From Vicugna vicugna (Eukaryota): 64,000 nt of DNA. How positions within the stretch are numbered: position 1 is the first letter of the stretch; every line of letters starts with the position of its first letter. Made by a program: the position numbers and the translations under genes. Positions 36,166-48,330 of this stretch are shown here, piece after piece. The stretch is taken from the NCBI GenBank assembly GCA_013265495.1, contig MU058650.1:27394-91393 (forward strand). The letters are read 5' to 3'. The notes under the pieces were generated by a model. That model was not told where the DNA came from and searched no databases. It worked only from the letters and a program-made list of their open reading frames with translations.

Positions 36166-37259
36166 TTACTTTTTCTTGAAATCTCTCCCCACCAGCCTCT
36201 CACTTATTTACTACCATTTGTAATTCCTTCATTTGGGTTAAGTAATATAATGATATCGTGATTAGCACTTACATAATAAGACATTATTCAGTCAGCAGTT
36301 CCCAAACTTTAGTATAAGTAAGAATATGGATAATTGCTAAATGAGTATTATTTATCTTTTATTCTCTGGAATCAGTTTTGGAGGGTATGGTTCAGAAATC
36401 TGAGATTTCACACAGTCTTATTATTTCACACAGGTTGCTATTAAGTAGGTAGCGGTAGGGCCACACTTTTTACTACTCTGGTCCATTTATTTTGTTCACT
36501 ATGTGGCCACCATCTACAGCAAAATGTATGACGTATAATGAGGCTTAAACAAATATCTGATGAATGGAAGAATGAGGTAGAACCACTTTAGGTGTGGAGG
36601 GTAGAGAATCTCAGACACTTCCTGGTGAGTCTGATTTCAGGAAGAATATGGGGAGGTTGAAGCCAGAATCCAGGACAACGTGAAGACATTTTAAGTCACA
36701 GGAAGGAAAGGGAAGGAGAACAGGGACCAGAGGAGATGAATAGAACCAATATGACTTACTGAATCCTGACTGTAGGTCTGACATTATGCTAAGATTTTAC
36801 ACATTTTACTTTATCTCAATTTTCACAACAACCTTGAGCAAAAAGGATTATTATCTCCATTTTGCCCCCACAGATATCCTCTCCCCTCCTCTTCTCTCCA
36901 GGCTGTACTAGGAATACATAGGTGAGATACTTGACTACAGAAAATAAGACATGTACTCATTCCTCTGAACCCATCCTCTTCATCTGTCAGGTGGGGAGGG
37001 GGTTCAGAAGGAGGTAGAGGAAGTTTGGAAATGTGTCTCATACATTTGTTTTTCTCATTTTCCCCTAGGTTTGCGTGCTAGCTTTCTAGTTGAAAATCGG
37101 TGCATCACTGACACTGAACTGGTGGGTTCCTGACACTGTCTGGAATCCATTCTTACCAGTTTGGTTAGACTGACTACTTTCACAGCTGCAGGTGCCAGCT
37201 CTCCCTTCAGTTGTGGCTCAAGCCAGTCCAAAGGAATCTGCTTTCTTCTTTTCTTCAGG

Positions 37260-37457
37260 TAAGGTTGCCATATTTAGCAAAAATAAACAAACAACAAAAT
37301 TATGATCATTTAAATAGACCATTGTTTCAGATAAACAATACATACTTTTTAGTGTAATCTTGTTCCATGCAATACTTGAAACATACTTTAAAAAAATTCA
37401 CTATTCATCTCAAATTCAGATTTAACTGGATGTCCTATATTTTATCTGGCAATCCTT
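37260..37457. mobile_element. MER53-like palindromic hAT MITE
   Basis: Termini TAAGGTTGCCA...TGGCAATCCT; internal inverted arms TTTCAGATAAACAA / TATTCATCTCAAATTCAGATTTAACTGG. Confidence 0.8.
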
Positions 37458-38109
37458 CAGAAAAAAATGATAGTGCTTCACAACTTCTCACTTTACTCCC
37501 CAAATCACCATTGATTTCCTCTCTCTGTTAACCGTCTTCTAAAAAGGACCTACACATTTTGGGACAGAGACATTTATCATGTTATTACTAGGGAAACTGA
37601 AGCTCAGAGAGGTTAACATGCTCAAAGTCAAACAGTTTGTGGTAGACCTTGAATTTAAACCTGGATGTGCCTCTTCCCATGTCAAATAAATAAATAAATA
37701 TTTAAATAGATTTAAAAAAATAAAAGCTACTTTCCTTTCCAGTACTCTTCATACCATGGTAAACATTGGGGAGAGAGGAGTGTGTCAGTCAGACTTTGCT
37801 TATTTTTCAGACTTCCCTTGTCTCTCTGTGTTAATTAGGGCATAATTCAAGTTGCTCAAAGAGACCAAAATATAACATTACAATGATGGTTGAGCATTAC
37901 AAGATGCTAGTCCAGCGGCTTCACCTCAAGAGATTGCTCTAAAATCCAGGTTTCTCCCATTGTATAAATCCTTCTACCAGATCAACTCTATGCACACATT
38001 CCAGCTCAGAAAAGGATAAAACAGTGAGAAAATCCAGAGAGAACAATTTCATTTTAAAAAGTGGTACAGAACCTGCACTTTCCACTGAGGAGACACACCA
38101 TCTAGTCAT

Positions 38110-38990
38110 ATACGATTGTCCTCTTTAATCTGTTAATGTAGTTAGGTTAATATATTTTCTGGCATGGAGCCAATCTTGTATTCCAGGATGAACTGAAGTT
38201 AATTGTGATGTAATACACATTTTTATACAGTTTCAAAGTTAGCCTATTGCATTTATGTACATAAGTGAGAATACTCTCTAATTTTCCTGTCTTGTGTTGT
38301 TTGTAACTAATTTTGGTGTCACGTTATACCAGCCTTATAAAATTTAAGGTAGAATATTTTATTTTTCTTGTTTTAGAAAGGGTTTGTGTATGTTACACTT
38401 ATTTTGGAAGTCTGGTACAACTCAGTGGTAAAGACTTTTGGACAGTTTTTAAATGGCTGATTTCCTTTAATGTCATATAAAATTTATGTTTTTCTAATCA
38501 ATATTGAATCACTTTTAGAAGTTTATATTTTTCTAAGAATATATCCATTTTGCCTAAGCCTTCTAATTTATGTCATAAAAACTTACAGTATAAACTTATT
38601 TTTAAAATCTTTTAAATTTTTTTTAATTAATAGCATTATTTATGTATGGCATTTCTGTCTCCCTTTATCTCTCCTTTTCTTAATCAATCTTGCCTGAGAT
38701 TTTTCAGTTTTGTAAATGTTTTCAACAGATCAGCTTTGGTTTCTTGATCTCTATTTAGACTGAGGCTTTTTTAAAATTAATTTCTGCCTTTCTCATTTTT
38801 TTATTGTTCATACTACTTTACTGATTAATAAAAACATTTTAAAATGCTAAGGTAAAAATAATTAAAATTTCTCTTTGTAGTGACAATCTTTGGTTCTAAG
38901 TAATTGTATGAATTTCTAATAATTTATGCAGGAAATATTCTTATATTTTTGAGCTAGTAATGTTTTTTCTATAAGACTATCAAGCTATTG
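38110..38990 (-). mobile_element. Old L1 (L1ME-like) ORF2 fragment
   Basis: Degraded T-rich antisense L1; probably continues after 51538, since the ERV inserted into it. Confidence 0.55.
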
Positions 38991-39001
38991 TTGCATGGTA
39001 G

Positions 39002-39070
39002 TGTTGCTGAAATGCTGGCCTCTGTGCATTGGTGTCAAATTGAGTCTCAGAGACAGAGTTTTGGGTAAAT
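39002..39070 (-). mobile_element. Residual 3' LTR (U5 end only)
   Basis: TGTTGCTGAAATGCTGGCCTCTGTGCA..GAGACAGAGTTTTGGGT aligns to 50988-51050. Confidence 0.85.
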
Positions 39071-39985
39071 TGTACTAAGGCTTCAATGTGGAGGGATACA
39101 CTCCCTAACCCAATATTTGAAACAAAGAAATTGAGTCAACAGTTATACCATTTAAAGACTGAGCTACTCCATCAAGAATGGAGACAGGGTAAGTTGGCAA
39201 TTTTGGCTGTTTTTAAGGATTTATACTTATGACCTTGCACCCAGGGAGAACACAAAGCACATCTTCTGACCCACCCAGGGGGAAGCCAGGGCCCATAAGT
39301 TTGTTTGACAAACCCATTGAGTTCCATTTGGAGCAAACCAGGAAATGCCTGGTCTGTGAATCCAGTCTGTAGCAAACCAGTCACCGATTTTTAAAATTAT
39401 GAGGTGGTCACAGTGTTCAAGGGAGATCCACCCTAAATGTCAGGTAGAGTTAGGCCAGTTACAGAAGGTGTGATTCTGTTGTTCCCGACACAGGGGCACT
39501 TTCATGTTTAGTCTGTAATATTCAGGAATTAACCAAAAGGTTCCATCCCACATCTGATTAAATCTTTCCATCGTCTTGTGTGGCTTTTGAACAAACTTTG
39601 GCTGTTTTTTAAGTTTGAGAGCCATATTGACATTTATCTGGGTAGCAGAGCTCAAGGAAAAAGGGAAATTGTGGCCTGGCAGGCTTATGGCATTTCTAGT
39701 AGGCCAGCTTAACGGGTCATAGTAACTTCAGTGTTTATAGCAGTTGATTGTGAGTCTCATAAATTAAAATACCCAGTTATTTCCAGTCTGTTCCCTGTAA
39801 GGGTGAAACCCATCACGGAAGCCCGGGAATGGATGATCTGGATGTAGGAAGCTGGCCGCAAATCCAGCAATTAAAGTAATTAAAAGAATCAGCATAAGAA
39901 TAAGCCCATTGTAAAAAAAAAAAGAGTTATTTCCCATTACCAGGCAAGGAAGGGTTAGAAAGATGGCAAGAGCGGAGTTTTATGT
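39070..39985 (-). pseudogene. env: ERV env remnant (SU and start of TM), truncated
   Basis: Minus-strand peptides PWLPPGWVRRCAL..PW.QG and SVFKWYN...SNIGLGSVSLHIEALVQFT resemble a class I Env SU end and TM fusion region; multiple stops. Confidence 0.65.
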
Positions 39986-40198
39986 TATATTTTTTGTTTA
40001 AACAAATACTTATGGTCCTTTAGCGTTTGTGCAACCCAATGCTCCACTGTTTCAGTTGGCTGTTGCTTGTGAAGGGGTGGGCCTTTAACCTCAGCATCAG
40101 CTCCAGTTGGTGGTTTCCCTCTGGTGTGGTGAATCCACGGTTTGATCCCGCCCAACTCGAGGGAAGTATGTGTAGTCAAGAGTAGGTCACAGGGTCCC

Positions 40199-40672
40199 TG
40201 TTGTGGGACACAGCAGGGCAGCTGGGCAGTGAGCCAGTGGTGAGAGAATTTAACAGAGAGAAAGTATGGGAAAGGAAAGGAGTTCATTGGGGTGTGCTGT
40301 TACAGACCACAGAGGGCCACACAGACAAGGGTGCCTCTGTGAGCCCTGGGCTGGGAGTACAGCATCTTTTTTTGTAGGGAGGAGATGGTGGTTACAGTGG
40401 GTTTGGGGGCTGTGTGATTGGCTCATGCATACGTTCTGATTGGTTGTAGGTAATAAGTGGAGGTAAGAAGTGTCGGGCCCAGGAAAGGTGGTGGGTTCTA
40501 TGACGCTGATCAGGTGGGCTCAAACAGGCCAGCCTGAGCATCACCTAGGGCTATTAGTTTGTTAGGGGAAAAACGAGAGAATGTACTTTATCTGTTGAGG
40601 GATCACAGGCAGACATCTGAGAGCCTAGGAATGGGGGTCACTGGACTATGAAGGACGTCAATGGGCACAACA
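40199..40672 (-). mobile_element. Solo LTR inserted in integrase, 5-bp TSD
   Basis: Inverted termini TGTTGTG...CACAACA; TSD GTCCC at 40194-40198 and 40673-40677; two ATTGG boxes. Strand is tentative. Confidence 0.85.
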
Positions 40673-40691
40673 GTCCCTTCCAATTTTCCTT

Positions 40692-43600
40692 TATTACTAC
40701 TTTTATTTTATTTATTTTTTAATTGAAGTATAGTGAGTTATAATGTGTCAGTTTCTGGTGTGCAGCACAATGTCCCAGTCATGCATATACATACATATAT
40801 TCATTTTTATATTTTTTCTTTAAAGGTTATTGTAAGATATTGAATATAGATCCCTGTGCTATATAAAAGAAATTTGTTTTTTAATCAATTTTTATATATA
40901 GTAGCTAACATTTACAAATCTGAAACTCACAAATTTATCCCTTCCCACCCCTACTTTCCTCGGGTAACCATAAGACTGTTTACTGTGTCTGTGAGTCTGC
41001 TTCTGCTTTATAGATGAGTGCATTAGTGTCCTCTATTTTTCTGTTTTTAGATTCTACATATGAGTGACATCATGTGGTATTTTTAATTCTCTTTCCGGCT
41101 TACTGCACTTAGAATGATGATCTGTAGGCCCATCCATGTTGCTGCAAATGGCGTTATTGTATTCTTTTTACAACTGGGTAGTATTCCATTGTACAAATAC
41201 AGCACATCTTTTTTATCCAGTCATCTGTTGATGGACATTTAGGTTATTTCCATGTCTTAGCTATTGTAAATATTGTTGCTATGAACATTGGGGTGCATGC
41301 ATCTGTTCAAATTACTGTTCCCTTCAGATATATGCCCAGAAGTGGGATTGCTGGATTATAGGATAACTCTATTTTTAGTTTTTTGAGGAATTTCCGTCTA
41401 TTTTCCATAATGGCTGTACCAAAATACATTCCCACCAACAGTGTAGGAGGGTTCTTTTCTCCACAGCCTCTCCAGCATTTATTGTTTGTGAACTTTTGAA
41501 TGATGGCCATTCTGACTGGTGGGAGGACATACCTCACGGCAGTTTTGCCTTTCTCTGATAATTAGCCATATTGAGTATTTTCTCTTGTGCCTATTGGCCA
41601 TTTGTATGTCTTCATTAGAGAATTACCTGTTTAGGTCTTATGCGTATTTTTGGATTGGATTGTTTTATTGTTCCTAAGTTGTCTGAGCTGTTTATATATT
41701 TTAGAAATTAAACCTTTGTCCATTGTATCATTTGCAAACATTACACCCCATTCCATAGGTTGTCGTTCTGTTTGACTTATGGTTTCTTTTGTGGTGCAAA
41801 AGCTTATTAGTTTAGTGAGACCCTATTTGTTTATTTTGGCTTTTATTTCTATTGCCTCGGTAGACTGCCCTAGGAGAACATTGTTAAGATTTATGTCAGA
41901 GAGTGTTTTTCTTGTTTCCTTATAGGTTAATCGTGTCTTGTCTTATATTGAAGTCTTTAAGCCATTTTGAGTTTATTTTTGTGTATGCTGTGAGGAAGTA
42001 GTCTAACTTCACTGATTTACATGAAGCTGTCCAATTTTCCCAACACCATTTGCTGAAGAGACCATCTATACTCTATTGTACGTTCTTGCCTCCAAAGATT
42101 AATTGACCAAACGTTTGTGGGTTTATTTCTGGGCTCTCTGTTCTGTTCTTTTGACCCATGTGGCTGTTTTTATGCCAATACCATGCTGTTCTGGTGACTC
42201 TGTAGCACTGTGTGATGTCTGGGAGGGGAGTTCCTCCAGCTTTGTTACTTTTCTTCAATATTGCTTTGGCAATTCAAGGTCTAGTCCATTGATCATTCTT
42301 TCAGGAGACTTCTCTTGTTTTCTTAATTGGGAATCGTTCCTCTGCTTCTTCATTTAGTTGCATCTCTCTGGCACTATGGATTATCAGTTATCTACTGTGG
42401 TCTTGAAGGGCTTTTTTGTTTTTTAAAGAGCATGCATTTCTTTGTAGACTGTGCACCTCCAATAATTTTGTTGCAAGGTCTGTTTTTAGTATGGACGGTT
42501 GCCACATCTTTCTTCTGTGTGTGTTGCCTCTTATCACTTTGATTAGGGCTGTGGTTGGTGTTGTGGTGAACAGAGCCTGCCCTGATTGTTCAGCGGGGCC
42601 TCCTTTTAATTCTATGGTTGTCACAGCCCAGACAGGGTCTGGGTCTGTTCCTCCTTTTGTTGTAATGGAGGCTTCCAGCCCCATTTCTAAGCCATGGTGT
42701 GTGGTAGGTGGGGTGGGAGTGCTTCAGGCGCTCCTTGTTGATGCTCCCCTTGTCCTCACTTGGCCCCATGAATGTCAATACTTTGCTCTGGTGCCCCCCA
42801 GGTTCTCTGCCCTCAGAGCTACCAGTGCAGCTCTGCCAACTTCTGGGTCACACACCTAGATCATGGCACGCTACTGGGTCAGCGCTCTCCCAGCGCCATG
42901 TCTGCGTGTGGTAAGCAGGCCTGCTGTAAACACTGCACCAGCTCTCGCCCCTGCTGTGCGGCAGAACTCTGCTCCTTGCTCATTTGTCTTAGAGGCACAG
43001 GACCTGTGGAGCAAACTGGTTCCCTCTGCCTGGGGCTGTAAACAAATCTCAGTCCACCTATTGGAACTGAGTCCAAACCCATTCTGCTCGCCACACGACA
43101 GGCCAATAAATCGGGAGGCTAGGTGTTGGGGCAAGGAATAGCGACTGTATTCAGAAAGCTGGCAGATCAAGAGGACTGCAGACTGTCTTGGAGAACCATC
43201 CTGCTCTAGTCGGAATACAGAAAAAACAGGGGAGGGGTGTGGTTGGTTGGTGCAAACTTCTTGCTGCAGGAATTCTTTGTTCCTGCAGCAGTCCATGTGG
43301 GTCCGGCCATGGTGCCCTTGTAAACCTCCAACAAAACGAATGTTTTTTTCTATTCCACAACTTGTCATCTTTACATAAGTGCAAAAGTGTTACTATCTTT
43401 AAGGGTCAGAGCCTCAAGAATAGGCTCTCTTGTATATTCCAGGCCAAAGGCAATACTATTTCACAAAAGATGCAGAGCTAGCGAGACTAAGTCTGGAAAA
43501 CAGGGCGCAGTGGTTAAAACTGGAGGAGCAGGTCCAACATAGTCAGATTTGTTCTCCTCTGTTACAGTTTGAAGTTGTGGACCCTTGGGTACGGCTTCAG

Positions 43601-44270
43601 GTTTCAACCCTGGGACCCCCTCAACAGCAAGTATGGATGAGCCCCACTTTACTTCTTCTGAGAGCACCCCAGCGATGATGCCGGCAGCCAGCAGACAGTC
43701 ATTATGGCCCAGCTGCACTGCGCCCCTTCCCCAACGCACACCAGCAGTGTTATTTTTTTTCAATGGGGGACCCAGGCTATTCTGTTCTGTATACCCTCCC
43801 AGCCCCCTGAGGCTTCTTCTGTCCAGTTGGCCCCAGCCCTCCACCTAGCTAGGGCAGCCAGTCCTGATCCAACCCTGCCCGCCTGCACCTAAGGCTAGGG
43901 ATCTCAGGGACCCTTTGTACCACTTACTCTCAGTTCTGTCGGCTAAGAGACTTCTGCGCACTCCCCTGAGCCTCGGAGTTTCTCCCTCCATCCCTGCTGA
44001 CCTCTCCATTGGGGAGGGGGCTTCCCATCATAAGAGTCTAATCCTCCTTAGCTGCTCCCTCCCATGGGACAGGTCCCACACTCATTTCCTTTTTCTCTTT
44101 TTTTCCCCCTACCAGAATTTGTGAGAAGTTTTATCTTTTGAAACAGGTGATGTTCTGTCAAGGTTCAGCAGGTGTTCTGAGTGAATGGGTGGGTCCATGG
44201 CTGTCTCTCTTGGTGTGTCCGTGGGAGAGGGTGAGCTAAGAGCATCCTACTCCGCCATCTTGGCAACTTG
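40692..44270 (-). mobile_element. L1 retaining both ends but with a large internal deletion
   Basis: Poly-T/3'UTR at 40692; ORF2 C-terminus to ~42280; then directly the ORF1 start (MKKQRNDSQLRKQEKSPERM) and a GC-rich 5'UTR ending in a YY1 motif CCGCCATCTTG (44252-44262); imperfect TSD CCAATTTTCCTT / CCACTTTTCTTT. Confidence 0.85.
43059..43566 (-). mobile_element. Solo LTR nested in the L1 5'UTR
   Basis: Interrupts a 5'UTR that is continuous in the 57-58 kb L1 copy; ends ..CCTCTGTTACA; ERV1-LTR-like sequence. TSD not clear. Confidence 0.7.
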
Positions 44271-45753
44271 CCCACTTTTCTTTCAGTTGTTGCTCAGGTC
44301 CTTGTTCTTTCCACATTTTTAAAAGAACCTTGTCTCCAGCTTTGAAGGTATGCAGAGGTGTCTGCAGCTGAGAACAGGACCTGAGAGAGATTCATGCATG
44401 AAGGTTAATATCTGACCAAACTTGAACATACTGTTTAATGGCAGTTTCTTGTGAAATATGAACATAATTTCCTGTTCCCTTAGGGGCTAGGTGTGCTATG
44501 TAGAATTTAGAATTTCACAGGGGCTTAACCCAAGCCTGTTTCTGAGGGCCACCCATAAGTGGAGAAGAGCAATAGGTAAGAATTTATCCCATTTTAAGTG
44601 AATCTCCTGACAAAGTTTTGCTAAAGTCTTTTTTAAAGTATTGCTCAGTTTTTCAGTCTTACCCATGGATTGTGATCTACAAACTGAATGAAGCTTCCGC
44701 TTAATACCCAAGGCTATGCTTCCCTTCTGGGTTATTTCTGCTATAAAGGTGGATCCATTGTTGCTTCAGATGGTAGTTCATACTTGGGAATAATTTCTTT
44801 AAGATGATCTTTGACTACTTCAGTTGCCTTTTCCATCCTGGTTGGGTAGGTTTCTGTCCATCCCAAGAAAATGTCCATAAATACTAATAGATATCTGATG
44901 TTGCCTTTTGTTTTGGGCTTTTGAATAAAATATACCTGCTAGTCCTTACACGGGTGTTCCCCAATGAACTGTGTTCCTTTGATTTGATTTGTTTTTTCTC
45001 CTTTTGGATTGTTTTTTCACAATATGAAACAGCTGTGAACAATCCTGTAGATGGTGATTGTAAGGTAGGCCCTTGTAAGTGTGGTCAAATTAAGTTCATA
45101 AGGGTATCTCGCCCGCAGTGTGTTCCTTCATGTAGGTGTTTCATTGGCCACACGAGGGCAGCAGGCAATAAGATTAGCTCATTTTCCATTTTCCAGTTTG
45201 ATCTTTAGTATTAACCCCCAGTCCATTGCTCTTTGATTATCCTCTAGATTATAATGGGGTTCATATTGTGTTAGTTCCAATTGGGGTACTGGGGCTCCAA
45301 CAAAGGGATTTTCTAAAGTGGCTTGCTTAGTGGCCCTGTCAGCCATCTGCTTTCCTTGACCTGCAAAGGGTATTAATTTCTGGTGTCCTGGGCGCTGCAT
45401 GATGGCCATGGCCTTTGGTTCAGCCACTGCACTGACTAGAGCCGAAATCTCTGGAGTATGTTTTACTTCTTTGTTGTTGGAAGTTAACAGTCCTCTTTCT
45501 TTTCAAATTGCTCCATAAGCATGCAACACCAAGAAGGCATAATTAGAGTCAGTGTAAATATTTGCCTTTTTCCCCTTCGAAAGCTGGAAAGCTTGTGTCT
45601 GGGCTGTTAATTAGGTCCACCTTCTGGGTAGAAGTTCGGGGGAAAGAGCTGCTGCCTCAGTGACTAGGTATTCTGCAGTAACAATGTAGCCAGCTCACCT
45701 GTCCATCTTTTATGAAACTGCTGCCATCAGTGAACAAGGCTCAGAAAGCTTTT

Positions 45754-46430
45754 CATTTTCATTATATTTATTTATTTATTTTTATTGAGATATAGTCAGG
45801 TTACAATGTTGTGTAAATTTCTGGTGTTCAGCACAATGCTTCAGTCATACATGAACATACATATGTTCATTTTCATATTCTTTTTCACCATAAGCTAGTA
45901 TAAGATATTGAATATTTTTCCCAGTACTATACAGTATATACTTGTTTATCTATTTTATATATAGTGGTCAGTATCTGCAAATCTCCAGCTCCCAGTTTTA
46001 TCCCTCCCCACCCCCCCATCCCCCTGGCAACCACAAATCTGTATTCTATGTCTGTGTGTTTGTTTCTATTTTATATATGGGTTCTCTTTTTTTTGTTTTA
46101 ACATTCCACATATGAGTGATATATGGTATTTTTCTTTCTCTTTCTGGCTTACTTCACTTAGAATGATATTCTCCAGGGCCATCCATGTTACTGCAAATGG
46201 TGTTATGTTGTCATTTTTACGGCTGAGTAGTATTCCATTGTATAAATAGGCCACATCTTCTTTATCCAGTCATTTTTTGATGGACGTTTATGTTGTTTCC
46301 ATATCTTAGCTATTGTAAATTGTGCTGCTATAAACACTGGGGTGAAGGTGTCTTTTTGGATTAAGGATCCATCTGGATATGTGCCCAGCAGTGGGATTGC
46401 TGGGTCATATGGCAAGTCTATTTTAAGTCC
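45754..46430 (-). mobile_element. L1 3' fragment inserted in pol
   Basis: Antisense L1 tail; TSD CAGAAAGCTTTT (45742-45753) / CAGTAAGCTTTT (46430-46441). Confidence 0.85.
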
Positions 46431-48330
46431 AGTAAGCTTTTTAAATGATTGATCTGAAAGATCAAGCTGACTTGAAACTATATACGGTTTCTAAGACTTC
46501 AAGACAATTTGGGGTCATTGGTGTTTTTGCGGGAACAGCAGTAATGTAAACAGATTTAAGGAATTGCTGGTTTGAATTCTGACATATAGATCACCTGGGA
46601 GGATGGCCTGATATTGTCCCATCCACCTGACAGAAAGCCAATGTCCTCCTTTTTGTTCCAGCAGTACCAGGACTTAGAGGGGTATGAACAGTGTTATGGG
46701 TTGGTCCCAAGTAAAATTTTGAGCTTCTTGTAATGAATCATGACTTGCTGCCACTGCCCATAGGCAGGGAGGCCCACCTTTAGCTGTACTGTCCAATTAC
46801 TTTGATAAGTAAGCCACAGGTCTAAGAATTTCTCCAAGCAATCGTATTAACACTTTCTTGTTTTTCATATATATACAACCTGAATTCTTTTTTTTAAGTC
46901 TGGGAGGCCTAAGGCTGGGGTCATGAGTAATTTGTCTTTGGGATTTTCGTATACTTTCTAGCATTCACTGGTCCAAACCAGAGGCTCAGTATTTGTGCCT
47001 TTTAGGGCCTCATAGAGCAGTTTTGCAGTAAGTCTAAAATTTGGAATCTAAATGCAGCAAAACTCAGCAATTTCCAGAACTCCTTGGAGTTGTCTCTGTT
47101 AGGTATGGCTCATTTCCTATTGGCCATCAAGTTTCAGGTTCCTTTCTGTAACTGGAAACCCAAATAGGTTACCTGAAATTTGTATATTTGGGCCTTTTTA
47201 GGGGACACCTTATATCCACATCATGCAAGGTGGTTAAGAACCATTATGGTGTTATTTATGCAAAGTTCCCAGTCCAAACTGGCTATCAGTAAACCATCTA
47301 TGTATTTTAGAAGAACTCCTTGACTGTAGTGTAACCCCTGTAAGTCTTTAACCAACATCTCATTAAATATTGTAGATGAATGTTTAAATCCTTGGGGATG
47401 AGCCATCCAACAGTACTGGTTGATTGCCTTTGCAGTCCAGGTCTTGTCATTCAAAAGCAAAGAGTAGTTGAGACTTTTTTCCATTGGTGTACAAAAGATG
47501 GCACCTTTTAAATCTAAAAGAGCAAAATATTCGTATTTCACAGGTATGGTGGTAAGCAGGGTATAAAGGCTTGGGACAGTGGGATGGTGTCCTGTACTAT
47601 TTCATTAATTGCCCATAGATCTTGAACAAAGCAATATTCATCTGAATGAAGTCCCCTTACTGGTAGAATAGGAGTATTATAGGGAGATTGGCAAGGCCTC
47701 ATGAGTCCACATTTCAGAAATCTCTTTAAGACTGGTTGAACTCCTTTCAAGGCCTCTTTATTTAATGGAAACTGATTTTTCTTTGGGTGTGGTGCCCCTT
47801 CTTTAAAGACAAGGTATCTGGGGGCAGCAACTCTGGCTCTCCTTGGCTCCCCATCAGCCCAGACAGCCTTACTCACTTTTTCTTCACAGAATCTCCTCTG
47901 GTAATGGGTCAGGGTCAGTGTTGGTCGATCAAGTAGTTGCTGAAATCTGAAAGCATTCCAGGAACCACTTTTAGGCATAAGAGCTCTTTCTCAGGTGAAA
48001 AGATTTTTTGAGCAATCAATTTACATAATAAGTCTCTATCCAGCAATGGACTAGGACAATCCAGTATGTACAGGAAATTATGTGTAAGTTTCTGTTTTCC
48101 TGTTTCTTATTCAAATGAGTGTAGTAGCAGCATTGTTGAACTTGTCCTGAAACACCTACGACTAGTATTGTTGATTTGCTTAAGGAGGCCAGTTTACAGT
48201 TCAAAACAGAATAAATTGCTCCAGGATCTACTAATTTTTTTTTTTTTAAATTCCCAGCTCTTAACTGTACCTGGGGCTCCTGTGGGGCTGTTGGGATTGG
48301 GGGTAACATGCCAAGGAGCCCTGGGCCCCT

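Larger units (their letters stand above)
39985..48330 (-). pseudogene. pol: ERV pro-pol remnant, interrupted by insertions
   Basis: Protease LVDPGAIYSVL; RT SPYNTPILPV..FVQDL, LDLKGAIF, HPQGFKHS, YIDGLL; RNase H LFTDGSSF (~45715-45740); IN QSMGKTEKLSNTLKK and the C-terminal WKGPCDLLLTTHT..GIKPWIHH. Confidence 0.9.
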
